64,000 nucleotides of DNA from Camelus ferus (lineage: Eukaryota): assembly GCF_009834535.1 (NCBI RefSeq), contig NC_045697.1, forward strand, positions 75,332,001 through 75,396,000. Reading direction: 5' to 3'. A program made the position numbers and the translations under genes. Below the pieces are notes generated by a model. That model worked only from the letters and a program-made list of their open reading frames with translations. It was not told the origin of the DNA and ran no database searches. Every line of letters begins with the position of its first letter. Within the stretch, counting starts at the first letter, position 1. This document shows, piece by piece, positions 37,779 through 51,800 of this stretch.

Positions 37779-40344
37779 ACAATGGGCTGGACGTTCCACT
37801 ATGCCCAGCTGTCCTGCACATTCGTGCATTTGGTGACTAGATGCTCAGGTGAGAGCAGGGCAGCTGGGCAGCTCCAACGCCCACTCTGTCCTGAAAATAA
37901 AGCTCAGTGTAGAAACAGGGTGTTCTCGTCATGTATAAATAATACAAACAGTTAAGATACTCTTGGGGCAAACCTGGAAGAGGGTGGGATGGTGGGTACT
38001 TCTGTTGTTCATGATGGGACCTATTTTTTACCTCCCTTGTGCGTTTACAAGCAGCCAGATGAATAAAACAAGCAGAACAGGCTTCCCTTAATCACATTAA
38101 TCCTGGACTAAGCATACCCCTCTTTGCTTTGCTTTGACTTTTCAAATGTTGGTGGTGATATAAGTGTTGAAGGTCATTATCTACCAGGGGGATTAATCCC
38201 TATTGGGCAGTTGCATTTGCAAGCTAAATTTAAAACATTTTTTCCAGATGCTTTGAAACAACTATCTCAAGCTGCTGAATCTTAGATGCTTTCCCAAGGA
38301 CCTCAAATGGAATATTACATTATGTACAGAGACAGACTTCCACACCTATTATCACCACCACCACACCCACACGCGCACACACACACACTTAGGGAAAAAT
38401 GATATTAAAGTAATGCTGCGTGGGCTGTGGGCACAAGGGATTCATTTTACTATTCTGCCTGCTTTTGTGTATGTTTGATTATATTATAATAAAATATTGC
38501 AAATGCAGTAGAACTGTGGTTATAACAACTGCTAATACAATCAGAATATTAGATTATTGGCCATAAGTAATTTTTTATTTATAAACTCTTAATATTATAA
38601 TCGCCTTGCCATGAAAATTGAACTGAATTTCTAATGTTGAATCATTATAGCAAAACAAGTGCTTACATAGTTACTCACTTTCTATTGATTTCCAATTCAG
38701 TAGACACAGAGTAACTTGAATTTTAAGTGTTTTGCCTTACTATTAACTGTGTAGGCAAGAAGAATGGTTTAACCAATTTTTTCAAGGGTATTCCCTTCTG
38801 TCCACCTAACATTTCATTGTTGTAGTATGCAGTAGAGTGCCTAGGAGGAAGTAGGGATTCAAAAATGTTTATTAAATAAAGAAAGATGTAAATAAATCAT
38901 AGCCAAAGCAAAGTACTAGTACTGTATAGTGACTCATTAATTCAGGTTAGTTTGAGCTTAGAGTGTGGGGAAGTGTATCTTATGGTTATTGATTACATAC
39001 TTGAAAAGTTATCATTAATATCACACACATACATATGTATCTAATACAGACACTAAACATATGTAAAAAGATTTATTTGCCAACGTAGTTCTAAAGAGAT
39101 AAAATTTGTTTAGATGTATTTAATTTCAATAAAAATCAGATTGTTTAAAGCCCACATTCTTAATCTATATCTATATGTGTGTTAATTTATAGAACTGAAT
39201 TTGTAATGTTTGAGGACACACTGCACATGACACATACCTAAACAATAAACTAAAATTTTCAATCTTCATTTCTACAGCTTTCAAATAACTTGCAACAGTT
39301 TCGGGAGGCTGCTGCAGAGCAACAATGGCTGGTTAAACATTTAATTCTTAAGACTTCTTCAAATTTTGGGTATTGAAGGGTAAGATAATTTTATTTAGGG
39401 AGTCAGAAAATGGAAAGAAGGAAACTCTACTCAAGTGTTATCACATCAAAAACAGACCCAAGTTCTTTTGATTTTCTCTAGTTTTTCCTTCAAGCAAATC
39501 AAAGATGCCTTACTTACTTTAAGAGATGAAACTGCCTGAGATCTGTTTCATTTAAGAACTAGAATATTTAGGAGGGGCCAGAAACATCTTCAGCAGCAGC
39601 AGCTACAGGACATAAGGAGATTCCTATGACAGCATATTAATTGAAAAGTAGAGATATTTAAGAAAAGTTTGGTTAATGAGCATTCTAGAAAGGGATATAA
39701 ATATTTGCTAATGCCAAAACACTTCTTCCAGAAAGAAATTTTCCACTTTCAGAGAATAACTTGTATGTTCATAGTAACACCACCCAGAGCCAGGAATTTT
39801 CCAATAGATTTGTCATTATAGGAATTGGTGTTCTTATTGCCATCCAAGAAATTTTGCCAATGGACAATATTTTCTGCTGGACTCTGGCCCAGAGATGGTC
39901 CTCTAATTCATTCAGGAAGAAAAACTTACGTATAAAATATGGGCCAACAGCTGGCATCTTGCAGGTCCTCATTCAAAGATAGCCTAAATAAGGCAAATAT
40001 GGTAAGTCTCTGTTCAAAGGGACAATAACACTCTGTGATTTTTATGGCATTCTCTTTCAAAGACTTCAAAGCCTCTGATAAATAATGTGGCATAAGCCAT
40101 TCCACAGACAGGAGACAGATAAGGGGGAAAATACCATTCCCCTTACTTCATGGGCATAAAATCTGAAAAGATGAAAAGAGGAGTGACTCCAAGCCAGGCT
40201 TCTCTTCAGTAAAAAAAAAAAAGCACCATATAAATCTAACAGCATGAATCCAACCACCACGTGCCTAATTTATGCAAAACTGCTTATTTTCTTATTTACT
40301 TTGATAATTTGGCAAAACAAATTGTTTCCTTGAATTTCTATTTC

Positions 40345-40962
40345 CCCTATAGCTCCCTTCTCCAGTCTAGCCTCCAGACTGCCTACCAGAGTTTCTAAAA
40401 CACAATCTGGTCCTTTATTATCTTAATTAAAATCTTTAGTAGATCCACATGGTCTGCACTGAATTAACTAAAGGATCCTCTGAGTGGCATTCTTCAATAT
40501 ACGCCACTCTTTATTCACTCAGTCATGCATTTATTCAGCAAATATCTCTCCCCACCACATTCTCTACACCCTAATTGTACTAAGATACTCAATGTTACTT
40601 GCACAATGTGATTATATGCCTATATTTCCATTTCTTTTCTTATTCTGTTTTTCCTGCTGGCTTTTACTCTTGTTCTTCTGGCAAAAGAAAATTCTAATTC
40701 ATATCAAGATGAAATTCACATATTTTGTCCTTCGAGAATCAATTCTTGAATCTTTTATCTAAGAAAATGAATCATTTCTTCCTTGGTGCTCCTGTAACAA
40801 TTTATTCACACCATCAGTAGAGTACATATTGCATTATAATTAATTGAATGTATGTTTGTTTCTTTCACTGGATGTCAGGTACCACGGCTTATTCCTATCT
40901 GTAACTTCTGCACCCAAAATGTTGCCTAGAAAGTCAATGGGCATGTATTAAATTGAAATAAA
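40345..40962 (+). mobile_element. L2 fragments
   Basis: cttctccagtctagcctccagactgcctaccagagtttctaaaacacaatctgg; aattgaatgtatgtttgtttctttcactggatgt. Confidence 0.6.
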
Positions 40963-41815
40963 TTAGGTACAGATGTTATAGAATCCACAATTTCTTTGAT
41001 ATCAAGATTTTTGAAGTCACCAGTTGTTTACATCTCTGTGCTAGAAGGTGTGAGCGTTCACAGCATATAAAGGAGACAGATCTTAATTTGGTTAGAAGGG
41101 AAAGGAAGACAAGTAAACATCAATAATGCAATTCTATATCCAATGTAGTAGTTATGTTGAAACCTGATTCAAATAGAGGCCCTGTTCTTACTAATATTCT
41201 ATATTACCCATTAAGAAACTTTATATTCTTCTGAAGCTAACATTACTCTTTCCAAATTAATTCTCTATTTGTAACAAATGAACTATTTCCCCAGTTTTAG
41301 CATCTATATTGAGGTTCTTTTTTCCAAATAATGTTGACAAACAATTATCAATATGGAGGCTGTGACTTATTATTATTATGGATGCATTCAGAGTGGGGCA
41401 GGATTAATCCTCTTTACTATAATGTTCTGATGCATTGAGATGTTTCTAAGAGCCAAAACTACAAATCAAACAATTCTGAATCTCTGAATGAATCTTCATG
41501 GCCAGACCACTACATTTTACTCATTTCACTAGAGAAGAATGAGTGATTCCATGCCTTGAGGATGGCTGTGACTTTATACCCAAGTTACTCTTTAAAATGA
41601 GTTTTCATTGATAAATAGAACAAATAATTTTGTAAAACTAGTTGATTCCAAATAACTAACCTGGTGGAAATCTGATATAAAGTAATTCTGATCCACATGC
41701 AATACTACATGTAGTATTTAGTCCAAAATAAAGTAAATGGGCTAATGTGACCTTTCTTTGAAATGCACATGGAACAGTTGATAGAATTCACTGACCTTTC
41801 TAAACTCCATAGAGT

Positions 41816-41954
41816 AGAGGGAGGGTATAGACAGCTCAAGTGGTAGAGTTTGTGTTTAGCACGTGTAAGGTTCTGGGTTCAATCCCCAGTACCTCCATTT
41901 AAAAAATAATTAAATAAATGAACCTAATTACCTCTTCCACCCAAAAAACCAAAG
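41816..41954 (+). mobile_element. tRNA-derived SINE, camelid Vic-1 type
   Basis: Head gggagggtatag..agctcaagtggtagag (A box), ctgggttcaatccccagtacctcc (B box), tail aaataaatgaacctaattacctc; TSD taaactccatagagt (41801-41815) and taaactttatagagt (41955-41969). Confidence 0.9.
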
Positions 41955-44900
41955 TAAACTTTATAGAGTGGCGTAAGTTATTAAGAATCTCTGGCTTAAT
42001 GCTGAGCTTCACTTGTCAAGATACCAATGAAATAACCATATTTGAATCCAAAGCATTCCAGGTCATATCTGTAAGAAAGCATACAATGTACTGCTATAGT
42101 ATATAAGGGGGATGGGCCCATTTACCGTTAGACATAAACAATAGAATTTCCCTAGATAAGTATGATGCAATGTGAGTTATGTGCTCTGATATGTAAAGAA
42201 TGATTAATTATAGAAGCCAACAAGTTCTAGGAGAAATATCATTTGGAACACCAATACATGAGCCACATGCCAAATGAAAATTTTACTCTGCTGGAACATG
42301 CTTGGGTTTCAATTCAAGGAAGGAAGAATAAAATGGTATGTAGGATTGTACAAGAACTTTACATTTCAGAGACATGATAGGAAAAGAAGTATGTCTCAAG
42401 AGACAACTTCAGAGAAAGGGGTGATTTCTGAGTCTGTCCAAGTTTCCAGAAGACTGTGATAAAAATTCTTCCACAAATACAAAATTCACTGAGAAAATCA
42501 GGAGGAGAATGGGGTGAAGAAGCTTGGGAGAGGAATTTTCAGTCCACTTAGTAAATCTACTAACTTTGTAAATCTACTGAGGTCTCCAGAACATGCATAG
42601 CCCATTCTAGATCTAGTAAACACAGAATAATAGACCATGTTTTTTATATATTCATTTTTGCATTATTTATAAAGAAAACACAGGTGTAATCATTTTTTAC
42701 TTCTTTAGAGTCTCACTCATGCACATACCTTTAATATTGTCTCTGAGTTCAACTGAGACAGATTTATATAAGCAGGAAAAAGATTTTACCAAGTACATAT
42801 GACTCATTCTTAAGATAAGTTAACTACTCAGACCCATGGGGAAATGGGGATACTTATAATTGCCCATCAGAAAAAGCATGCTTTGCATAAACTATTACAC
42901 TAAGGAAGTGATAAATACACAATATGTATAAGGAACACTAGAGAAGTCAAAGAACATAATACATTTTGTATCTTTCATAATTTTTCTATAGAGCAGTACA
43001 AACATGAAATTGTTTTTTCAGCTCTTCCCTCTTAGTGGCTGATTTGAAAATAAGCTTACTTCAGTGTTGATCACAGCTATTTGCAGGGGTTTTTTGTGTC
43101 ATACCTAAAAGGTGCTAAAATAGATTTCCTTCTATGCAAAATTATTTTGGTACATTACACATATATCCCAAGCTTCAGTGACATTTGGTTATCATTAAAT
43201 GACTACAGTGAATGGAAAATAAGAAAGGGGAAACATTCCAGTTCTTATGCAATCATTCAGAATTCTTTAACTCCTTTAGAACCAAGAATTATTTTCTTTG
43301 TTAACAGAACAATAGAATTCTTAGGCTTGAAAAATAAAAAAATATGGAGTTCTTCAGTAGAAGAGTTGCAAAACCACAGTATTTCTGAAACAAGATATCA
43401 TTAATTATACATTCTGCCTCAAACTTCATGCCAATTTTCTCCTTGACAAACTACAGATAGGTATTTCTTGCCATAATATTTTATATAAGAAATAATAGGT
43501 TTGAGGCCAAGATTATCCTACTAAGGACTGATGTTACAGACTTGGTTGAATCTTGTCCTTGCTTAAACCTATTTGTGACCAAGTGTATCCAGAGTGACAT
43601 ACACTTTTGACTTTTATTCAGCCTTTTATTCTTGCCAAAAACTCACGGTCAGTATTGCCCAAGTGATGTCCTGGTCTTGGCCCTGGTTCCCTATATATCT
43701 CTGTTGGGAGAATCATAGCTCTTTTGGGAAAATAAAGACTGGGAGAAATGGCCTACTAACTAATCAAATAATTTTAAAGAACATAAAAGTCTTCTGTGTT
43801 CTAACTGCACCCATTTTTTTTACACATGTCATTTGTTTATTTGACCAGCACAAATATGTCTGATGTTGAGAACAGAATGTCCTTCCTATATGCTGAAAAC
43901 ATGACTATGTCACAAAATGTCAGGACTCTGAAGGGGAAATTGAGTCTGCTTACCAACTATTATCAGAAAAGTTGGCTTAAAATCATTTACTTTAAAACCA
44001 AAATTACTCGGGTCAGTTATTTTTCAAAATGTAAGTGATCCTATCAACACCATATCACAAGGTAATTAATTTAGTTAGTTACACGTACATTTGTAACTAA
44101 TTCATCCTGGCATATTCACCAAGGAAATTAGTTTCTTAAATCGGATGTTTCAACAGTGCAGTTGCTGAGATATTTTTCTCTATAGCCGTAGAGGGGGGCT
44201 GTTAACTTGTGCTTTGAAAATATTCCAGTCTAAATCATCTTGGTTGCATTGTATGGTGAGGAACTTTGGATACTTAATAACCCATTTGTTCTGATGCTGA
44301 AAAAGACTCAGAAACTGTTTCTTAAATAAACTCTTGGACCACCTATTCTATTGGCTCACCTCAGTGTGGAAATTGGGTGGCCATCTATTCAAGAAGTAGT
44401 GTTGATTTTTTATCTAGTTTTCACAAGAGGTTTTCAACCCTCCTGTTCAGTTAGTTGATTTTTAAAATATGGAGTCTGTCCTTAATCAGTAACAAAGAAT
44501 TGTTTATTGCCAGAGAACATACTTTCAAACTGTTTGCTAGCTAATTTCTATCAAAAGCCATTTGAAAGGAATTTCATTTCTGGAGACTGTTTTGGGAAAA
44601 AAAATGAAGTGTATATCTCTCCCCAGACATCCTAGTTTTTGACCCCTGAATCATGCTGTACTATTTACTTAGCCTCTGACAGGATATTTTCTTTGTTGTA
44701 TTTGACATTATCCCCTTGGCTTACATTAATGAGTGCCCTAAAAATGCTTTATGAAATGGACTACTATAGTTACTCAGTAATGCTATGAAAATGTCATCCA
44801 CTACACAACCCAGAATCCCCTATACAAAGACCCTCTCAAGATATGAGCCTTTATGCTTGACCTTACAAAAAACTAGTGTGCCTTTTCCTTAAATGATAAT

Positions 44901-45224
44901 GATTCCTATAAACTGATCACAGTTCCTTTTTCTTTAACTTCCAAGAAGCTCAGAGTTAAATGTATTAATTAAAAGTATGTTATTTTCAAAGTCTTTATAG
45001 TATGTATTTCTTAATTTCAAATTTTCTGTAGAAATAACTTTCAAGAAGTTTGGTTTTTTTTTTCTATATTGTTCATGGTCTTGAATTTTTTAACTTATAC
45101 ATGTATATCTGGGTATTGCGTATATCACTGAAAGACATTCCAAGACATTTTATAGAACAAGATGTGTTCTAGCTAAAAAGAAGTAAAATAATCAGATATC
45201 CCACTATATTATAAAAGATACTGA

Positions 45225-45318
45225 TGAAAACAAATACATGCATATGTATGACTAAAACGTGCTGTGCACCAGAAATTGACGCAACATTTTAAACTGACAT
45301 TTGAACTTCAATAAAAAG
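45225..45318 (+). mobile_element. Very short L1 3' tail with perfect 12-bp TSD
   Basis: gtatgactaaaacgtgctgtgcaccagaaattgacgcaacattttaaactgac...caataaaaag; TSD aaaagatactga at 45213-45224 and 45319-45330. Confidence 0.9.
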
Positions 45319-46065
45319 AAAAGATACTGAAAAAGATATGAGTGGGGGAGGAAAAAAATGGTGAGATAAAGTGGTGAAGGAAAAATCATTCGAACACTAA
45401 AGGTGAGCAAAATGAAGGTAGTAATTAGTGAAATTAGAAGTAAAGAATATGAGGATAATGTATAGTAAGATTGAAGGAGACTGGCAAAAAAAGATGAAAA
45501 TAAATACAGATTCAATGTAGTAGATGAAAAGAAATATAAACCAAGAGGCAGAAGTCTGCAGGCAGTAGACAAATAAATTGAATACTTTGACACACACAGG
45601 AGCAGCTCGACCATTCAAGTAATGTACCAACTAAACAATGCGCACTGCAGCTGTGCGTCAACCGTGCAATAAACCAGAATCAGATCAGGTCACCATCTTT
45701 CATGCCATCACGTACGTAGGTTCATAATGTATATTTCAATAAAAATGATAGTCACAACAATTCTCAATACATCGCCAAACATTTAAAATCCAGTTGTTAC
45801 AAAGTTACTCTTTCTTAGTATGCTCAAATCTATGAATTCACTTAATCAATAAACTCAAACTCGGTGAAAATAGCTTTCCTCTTTCAATGCTTTGAAGGGT
45901 GACCCCTGGCATCACACTCAGAAGAATGAGGTAGAGGGGACCACAGAGGGAAGGGTGGTGATGAGCCCGTGCTTCTCCTTCCTATGATCTTCCCAAATAA
46001 TGCATTTGCATTTCCCTTTCCCTCTCAATGGTTTACTTCTGCCAGGAAGACCTGAATTGCTAGAG

Positions 46066-46254
46066 TGGTGGTTGTCAAGGGTGGTCCCTTGATCAACAGC
46101 AATAGTACCATCTGGGAACACGTTACAGATACAGATTCTGGGGCTCTACCCAGACCTACAGAATCAGAAATTCTGGCAGTGGGGCTCTTGCAATCCGTGT
46201 TTCAGTGGACCCTCTAAGGGTCCTTAATGCATGATCAAATTTGAGAACCAGTGG
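46066..46254. mobile_element. MER5A hAT-Charlie MITE
   Basis: gtggttgtcaagggtggtcc...ccatctgggaacacgttacagatacagattctgggg...cccagacctacagaatcagaaattctgg...aaatttgagaaccagtg; about 190 bp with degenerate terminal inverted repeats. Confidence 0.85.
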
Positions 46255-47099
46255 ACTAAAGGAACACATGGATATAAGGAACAGATGTCTGCTCATTCAC
46301 AGGCATATTAAACATGAGGTGATAATACGAATAAAGGCAAAGTTAGAAAAAGAGAATGGAAAATTACAGAAAAAAAGAAAATAAGCAAGCAACATTTTGC
46401 CATTTGCTTGTTCCAGAGACTCAAATGTGTATTTGAGCATTCATATTCTAATTTTTAAAATTTTGCTATTTGTACATTTTTATCTATGCTCCCTTTCATA
46501 TTTGGTTTGTCTGAAAAGAGGAAGTTCGACACTAGGTTTACTGTGCAAAACTAGCGATAAGACTTCGCATTCTCTAGACTTTCTTAACTCATTATTCTCA
46601 GACAGAGAGCATAACTCACCCTCAATTCCTAAATCATTCTGCAAATGATCAAGTTTCCTCTTAGCTTTTGCTCCATACAGGGATCAACATCACCAATGCA
46701 ATTCCGTCACCCCTGAGGTAAGACTCTGCAGCTGTTTAAACAGTCCATGCCCTGTAACAACACGCCAGCGTAGGGCAGGAAGCAAAGAAGGATTCTATTT
46801 CTAATTGAACCTCTGCTGGGAATTGAAATATGTGGTATTTGATTTCTTGTATTAGAATTCATCTGCTTATCATAAACTTTTCAGTGGCACCCTTCCTCTC
46901 ACCCTCCAAGTACTGTCACTCTGAAATACCCTTCTACACCTGCAATTACCCCTTAAGTTTGGTCTTTCAACAACTGGATCTGGTGCTATCTTTTCTGAAA
47001 GCAGGTACCTTTAGCACTGAAATGTCTCCACATTGTTAAGAAGGGGAAATTGCAACCTGGTTCCTTATCAGTAGAGATGATTTAGAGAAAAGCAATGAA

Positions 47100-47410
47100 G
47101 ATGATCCTAAAAAGAAAGGCTTAAGTATTGGATTATTTGGCCTGAATGAGAGAAGATTAATGGGTAGATTGACCACATAATTCTCAGATTTTAAATCTGG
47201 GAAAGTTTTCAGAGCAAAGGCAGGGAGTGGCTATTATAGATTTTGCCAAGACAACTGACCCACGCCGGGACCGTTTTGGGCAAACAAGGAACATGCTCAC
47301 TCTATTCATCAGAGACTTTTTGGCTGACTTCAAGTATATGAAGGATTTTAATGAGAAAAATATTTATCATTTACTCTCCATATCCATGAAAGACCAAATA
47401 AGAATAAAAG
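47100..47410 (+). mobile_element. CR1/L3 3' fragments
   Basis: gaaaggcttaagtattggattatttggcctgaatgagagaagattaa; cttcaagtatatgaaggatt...tttactctccatatcc. Confidence 0.5.
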
Positions 47411-48759
47411 CAGGACAGATTTTGTTTTGCTCACATGTTTATTGAGAACCCTGCTATCACTGGGCTCATTATCTAATTATTAAACATGATTATATAAATT
47501 TAAAATTTCATTATCCAGTTACTAGTTCCATAATGAGATCATCTTGACTTCAAAATATTAATTGTAAAAGTAGATACTGTGGGAGGGGTCGAGTTGTAAT
47601 CCATGGGGACTCCCTGCCTCTGCTCATAATTAACTGTCCTGAAACACACTAGCAGCTTGATCAGTTTTTGTGTATTGTGTTAAAATTACGCAGTTATAAA
47701 GTTCTCTGGAAGCAAAAGACTACGATATTCTTTCCAGGTTTCTTCCTAATCTATATAGTTCAAGATATCTTTTTAGTTATTTATAGGTCTTCCATGTACA
47801 ACTATTCTCTCACCTTGTCTGTACACTGCTGAGGGTTGAATTATAGAAAGCCATTCAAGAATGTGTAGGCGAAGCAGTTCCATAGTGTTTTGTTGGTTTT
47901 CTTTTTTTAATATATTGTTCTCTGTAGACACTTTTCCTTTGAAGCACTCAGAATCTCTGCACACTGCAAAATCTGGTGTTTATCTGATGGATCAGTTTGA
48001 TAATGAGATTTGACATAATCAGATTTAATTATAAAATTTGACACATAGAATTCTGACTTTCAGGAGCAAGAATTACTACAACGTATTTGGATGGATGGAA
48101 GAAAGGAAGGAAGGAAGGGAGGAAGGGTATATAGTAGGAAATTTTTCTCAAATAATACTCCCCCAAAACATTTTATGTCTTTAAGAAATGCTGAAATTAA
48201 TATCAACTTGTTACATTTCTCATTTCTTCCAGATCTCTAGATACAAAACAAGACTTTTAGAATTATGAAGGATAGAGAACATACTTTCATAAAATAAGAA
48301 ATACCAAGGTTTATTAATAAATTCCACCTTTACCAAGGAATTAAGGTGATATAACTGATCAATTCAGTGACTTCTAAATTTAAAAATAACACTTTTTTGT
48401 TAGTGTCAAGAAGCAAAAACAAATTGTTATTTCAGATAAATATTTTTTTGCCTCCTAGTCAATTGATCTAACATTGGATAGATATAGCCAAAGAGTTCTC
48501 AAATACATAGCATGATCAGTCATGTATTACTCTGTTATCAGTCAAATATGTACTTTCCTCTTTTCTCTTTATAACACTGCGTGCAACTCAGGACTAACGC
48601 CAAACACGTGATACAGAGAAGTGGTTTCCAGGCAAAGTCCCTCATGAGGAGAGATCAGTCCCAACGGAGAGTTCTTGGAAGGCTTTACAAAGAAGAGCTT
48701 TGCTGAACAGGGTACAATCCATTGCGAGAAAAGGATAAACAAGTGAGAAGTCATTGAGA

Positions 48760-50320
48760 AAACCAATTTTCCGTTAGTAGAGATTTAATTGGGGGTAATG
48801 GTAAGAGAAAAGGCCAAACATTTATTGGGATGAAAGTTCCAGTAGAGGGGTTTGAATTTTATCCTCTGGGAGGAAGAAACCACTGCAGATTATGGAAGGG
48901 GATTTCAGAGTCTATAAGAATTAAACTGGTAGCAATGTACACCAGAGAGTAATTTTTGAAACACATACACAAGTATGGATTTTATTCATCATCAGAGAGT
49001 GAGGCTAATGAGGATTTAAATTAAGGTAGGAATGATGATGGTAAGAAAAGGATAAATGCAAAATACAGTTTAAAAGACTAATCTAGGTGATATTATTACT
49101 GGCTGAACATGAGGGTCTAATAAGAGGAAAGAATTTTAAAATTCTAAAGTATGAGTCTTCCTGACTGGGACTACTGAGGCACCATTGATTGAAACAACCA
49201 TGTCTGAGTAGGGAGCACATGGTGAAACATGGAGATCATAAGTGGAAGAAAAAAGTTTGATCTAAGCCATATTAAATATAATGAGTCAATAGAAAATTCA
49301 AGCAAAAATACTGAGTAAACAGTTGATGATGTGAACTGGTAGAGATGCAATGTTTAAAGCTGAGGAAACAAATCAGATCTTTGATATACAGAGTGTATAT
49401 GAAACTGATCAGATTTTTGGCACACAGATTTGATATACAGAATGTAAATGAAGTAATATATATGCCAAGAATGGAAACCCAGGGAAAGGACCCAGTAAAG
49501 GAAACAGAGCAAAGAGAGAACTGTGAATCCTAACTAGGTATTTCTAAAATGGAATTTAGTGCAGGGAATGGTTCAGATAGCTGCAAGAACAGAAAATGGA
49601 TGCTGAGGTTGTACAGAGACTGACAACTGTAGGAAGCAGCTACTGTCCCTTGGGCTGCGAAAACAAAGGAGAAGAGGTAGTAATACCAGAACCTAGAATT
49701 TGGAGGAAGGGTCCGACAGAGCTTATGTTTAGTCCTTTGGAGAAATCTCCTTGAAACTGGTTCTTAGAGTTCTAGTCTGGTAGGTGCCAAGAACTCAGTG
49801 GAGGAGACATAGCTTCTCAGATGCCCAGAAGAGCATGCCCCAGTATGTGAGGGAATATGGGAGCATCTCATACTCCAGTCTTTAAAGGAAGTATATTCTC
49901 ATTACTAACAGATGGTGGAAGTGGCAAAAGAAGCTGGAGACTGCAGCCAACTGTCTGCTGTTACAGGAACAATGCTGCTAAAGACTGGAAAAACAGAAAG
50001 GAAAGCCTCTCTCCCCCCTCACCTTCCAACCTCTCTCTAGGGCCCCCTACTGGCAGGACCTAACAGGAAGCCAGCTGATAAGGAAATCTGGGAAAAGTTA
50101 TTTAGAGTTCCATGCCTAGCCTTATAGAGCAGAATAGAAAAGGGCTTCTTAGAGTTGAGAGACAATAGGAAAATAATCAGCACATCTAGAGAGGAACATG
50201 TTACAGAAGCCCAAGGAAGAGTGAGGTTTCTATAAGAAACGGGAGGAAAACTCCAACAAAGGCTGGAAATAGGTCAAAGAGAACGGACTAAGCAAGGACT
50301 TTGAATTTAGTGATTAAGCT
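48760..50320 (-). mobile_element. L2 fragments interrupted by an LTR
   Basis: gggtttgaattttatcct; gggactactgaggcaccattgattga; after the LTR acagaagcccaaggaagagtgaggtttc...tttgaatttagtgatta. Confidence 0.55.
49530..50183 (-). mobile_element. Old MaLR LTR (MLT1M/N/O-like)
   Basis: gacaactgtaggaagcagctactgtcccttgggctg; ccccctactggcaggacctaacaggaagccagctg; ends gagacaataggaaaataatcagcaca. Confidence 0.6.
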
Positions 50321-51629
50321 AAAGAAATGTTTTTAAATAGCTAAGTGATGGAGCAAATTCTCATGAAAAACAGTAACTCCTCTCAATGTCTTTGGTTAAC
50401 CTGTGTCAGTTTTCCCATTCCTTTATGAACTTTAAAAAGATTAAATAAAACTTATATTAAATCTATAGTGAATAATAAATAATATTCCAAAACGCCTGCA
50501 ACAAACACAAAAATACTTTCAAATAAATTATTAACACTGAAGTATGAAATATTTTAATTTTACCACAATAGTACTGGCTTGCTCAAGAAATTTACATTTA
50601 TAAAATATATTAGTCTCTACTTTTCCAATTGTCACCAATACATTTTTAAAATTCTTATTGAATTCCTTCTGGGTTATTGAAAAGGCATGAGTAGCCCATG
50701 TAGGAACCAAGGATTTACTATTGTGTTAGGATGCCACTGGCACCGCAGTGGAGAGCCTCAGCATGAGAGTGGCATAAAGAAAATTCTCTTCCTCCCTCCC
50801 GCAGAGAAGAGAATTCCATCCCACCATCATCTCTGCTCTTTCCCTTCCTCCCCCACAGAGCCTAAAAAATTTGCCTAGAATGTACATTCCACAGTCCTCT
50901 GAAGTATTATAGTAATATTAATAAATTCCTTACATGACATTTGGACAAAAGCCAGTAATAGATATAAAAACCTAGGTGTCTCTCAGGTCTGAAATGGGTT
51001 TAAAAAATTATACATGTTTAAGGAAAAGGAAAGCTAAGGTTTGGTAACTAAGTGCAGTGGTTTTCATATTAAGTATTAGGAGACCAGCTTAAGCTAAATA
51101 CTGTGGGTATTCTGCACTTATTTGCACGGAAGAGGATAGACTGGCACCATGTTCTGTTAGTGGAGCAGATCAGAGGGTAAATGGTGTTAAATAATCCCAA
51201 CGTCATGCGAAAGAAAAAAGAGGTGGAATGAAAGTCTAATACAATGATAAAGCCTCCTCTTTTGCTAAGTTATCTCCCTTTTCCCTTAACAGACAATACA
51301 TTACATATTCAGGGAAATTCTTTCAAACCTCTTAAGTGCTATTTTCTAAAGTTGTGCCTCTGAACACCCTGGATTTCTTTATTTTTCCCACCAATCTTTG
51401 TTTAGAAAACTGCATGTAAATGTATTTTACAGACACGCACATGCACGCATACCCACACACAGCACAGTTTAGAGAGACTGCTGGACAAATTGCTATTTGG
51501 TAGAGAAACAGGAGCACATCCTAGGCAAGCAGAGTTGTGTCATAGTTAATCGATATTGATTCCATATGTCATCTTATAAGATAAAATGTACATATTTATA
51601 TATAATACTTATTATTCACTACTACTGTG

Positions 51630-51800
51630 TTATACTATTTCTGAATAAATACTCAGCCATATAAGCCAGGTAATATTATTCCCATTTGGCATATGAAGAA
51701 ACGGAGGACAAAAAAGAATCTTGTCTAAGCTCATAGAGCTCTATGCCAGAATTAGAAAAAGCTCTAATGTCCAAGCTCTTTCCACTAAGCTGCACTGCAA
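51630..51800 (-). mobile_element. MIR SINE
   Basis: ggtaatattattcccatttggcatatgaagaaacggagg...cttgtctaagctcatagagct...tccaagctctttccacta. Confidence 0.7.

Noticed and set aside
41816..41897. Possible tRNA gene
   Set aside because: Degenerate cloverleaf, SINE tail and TSDs show it is a SINE
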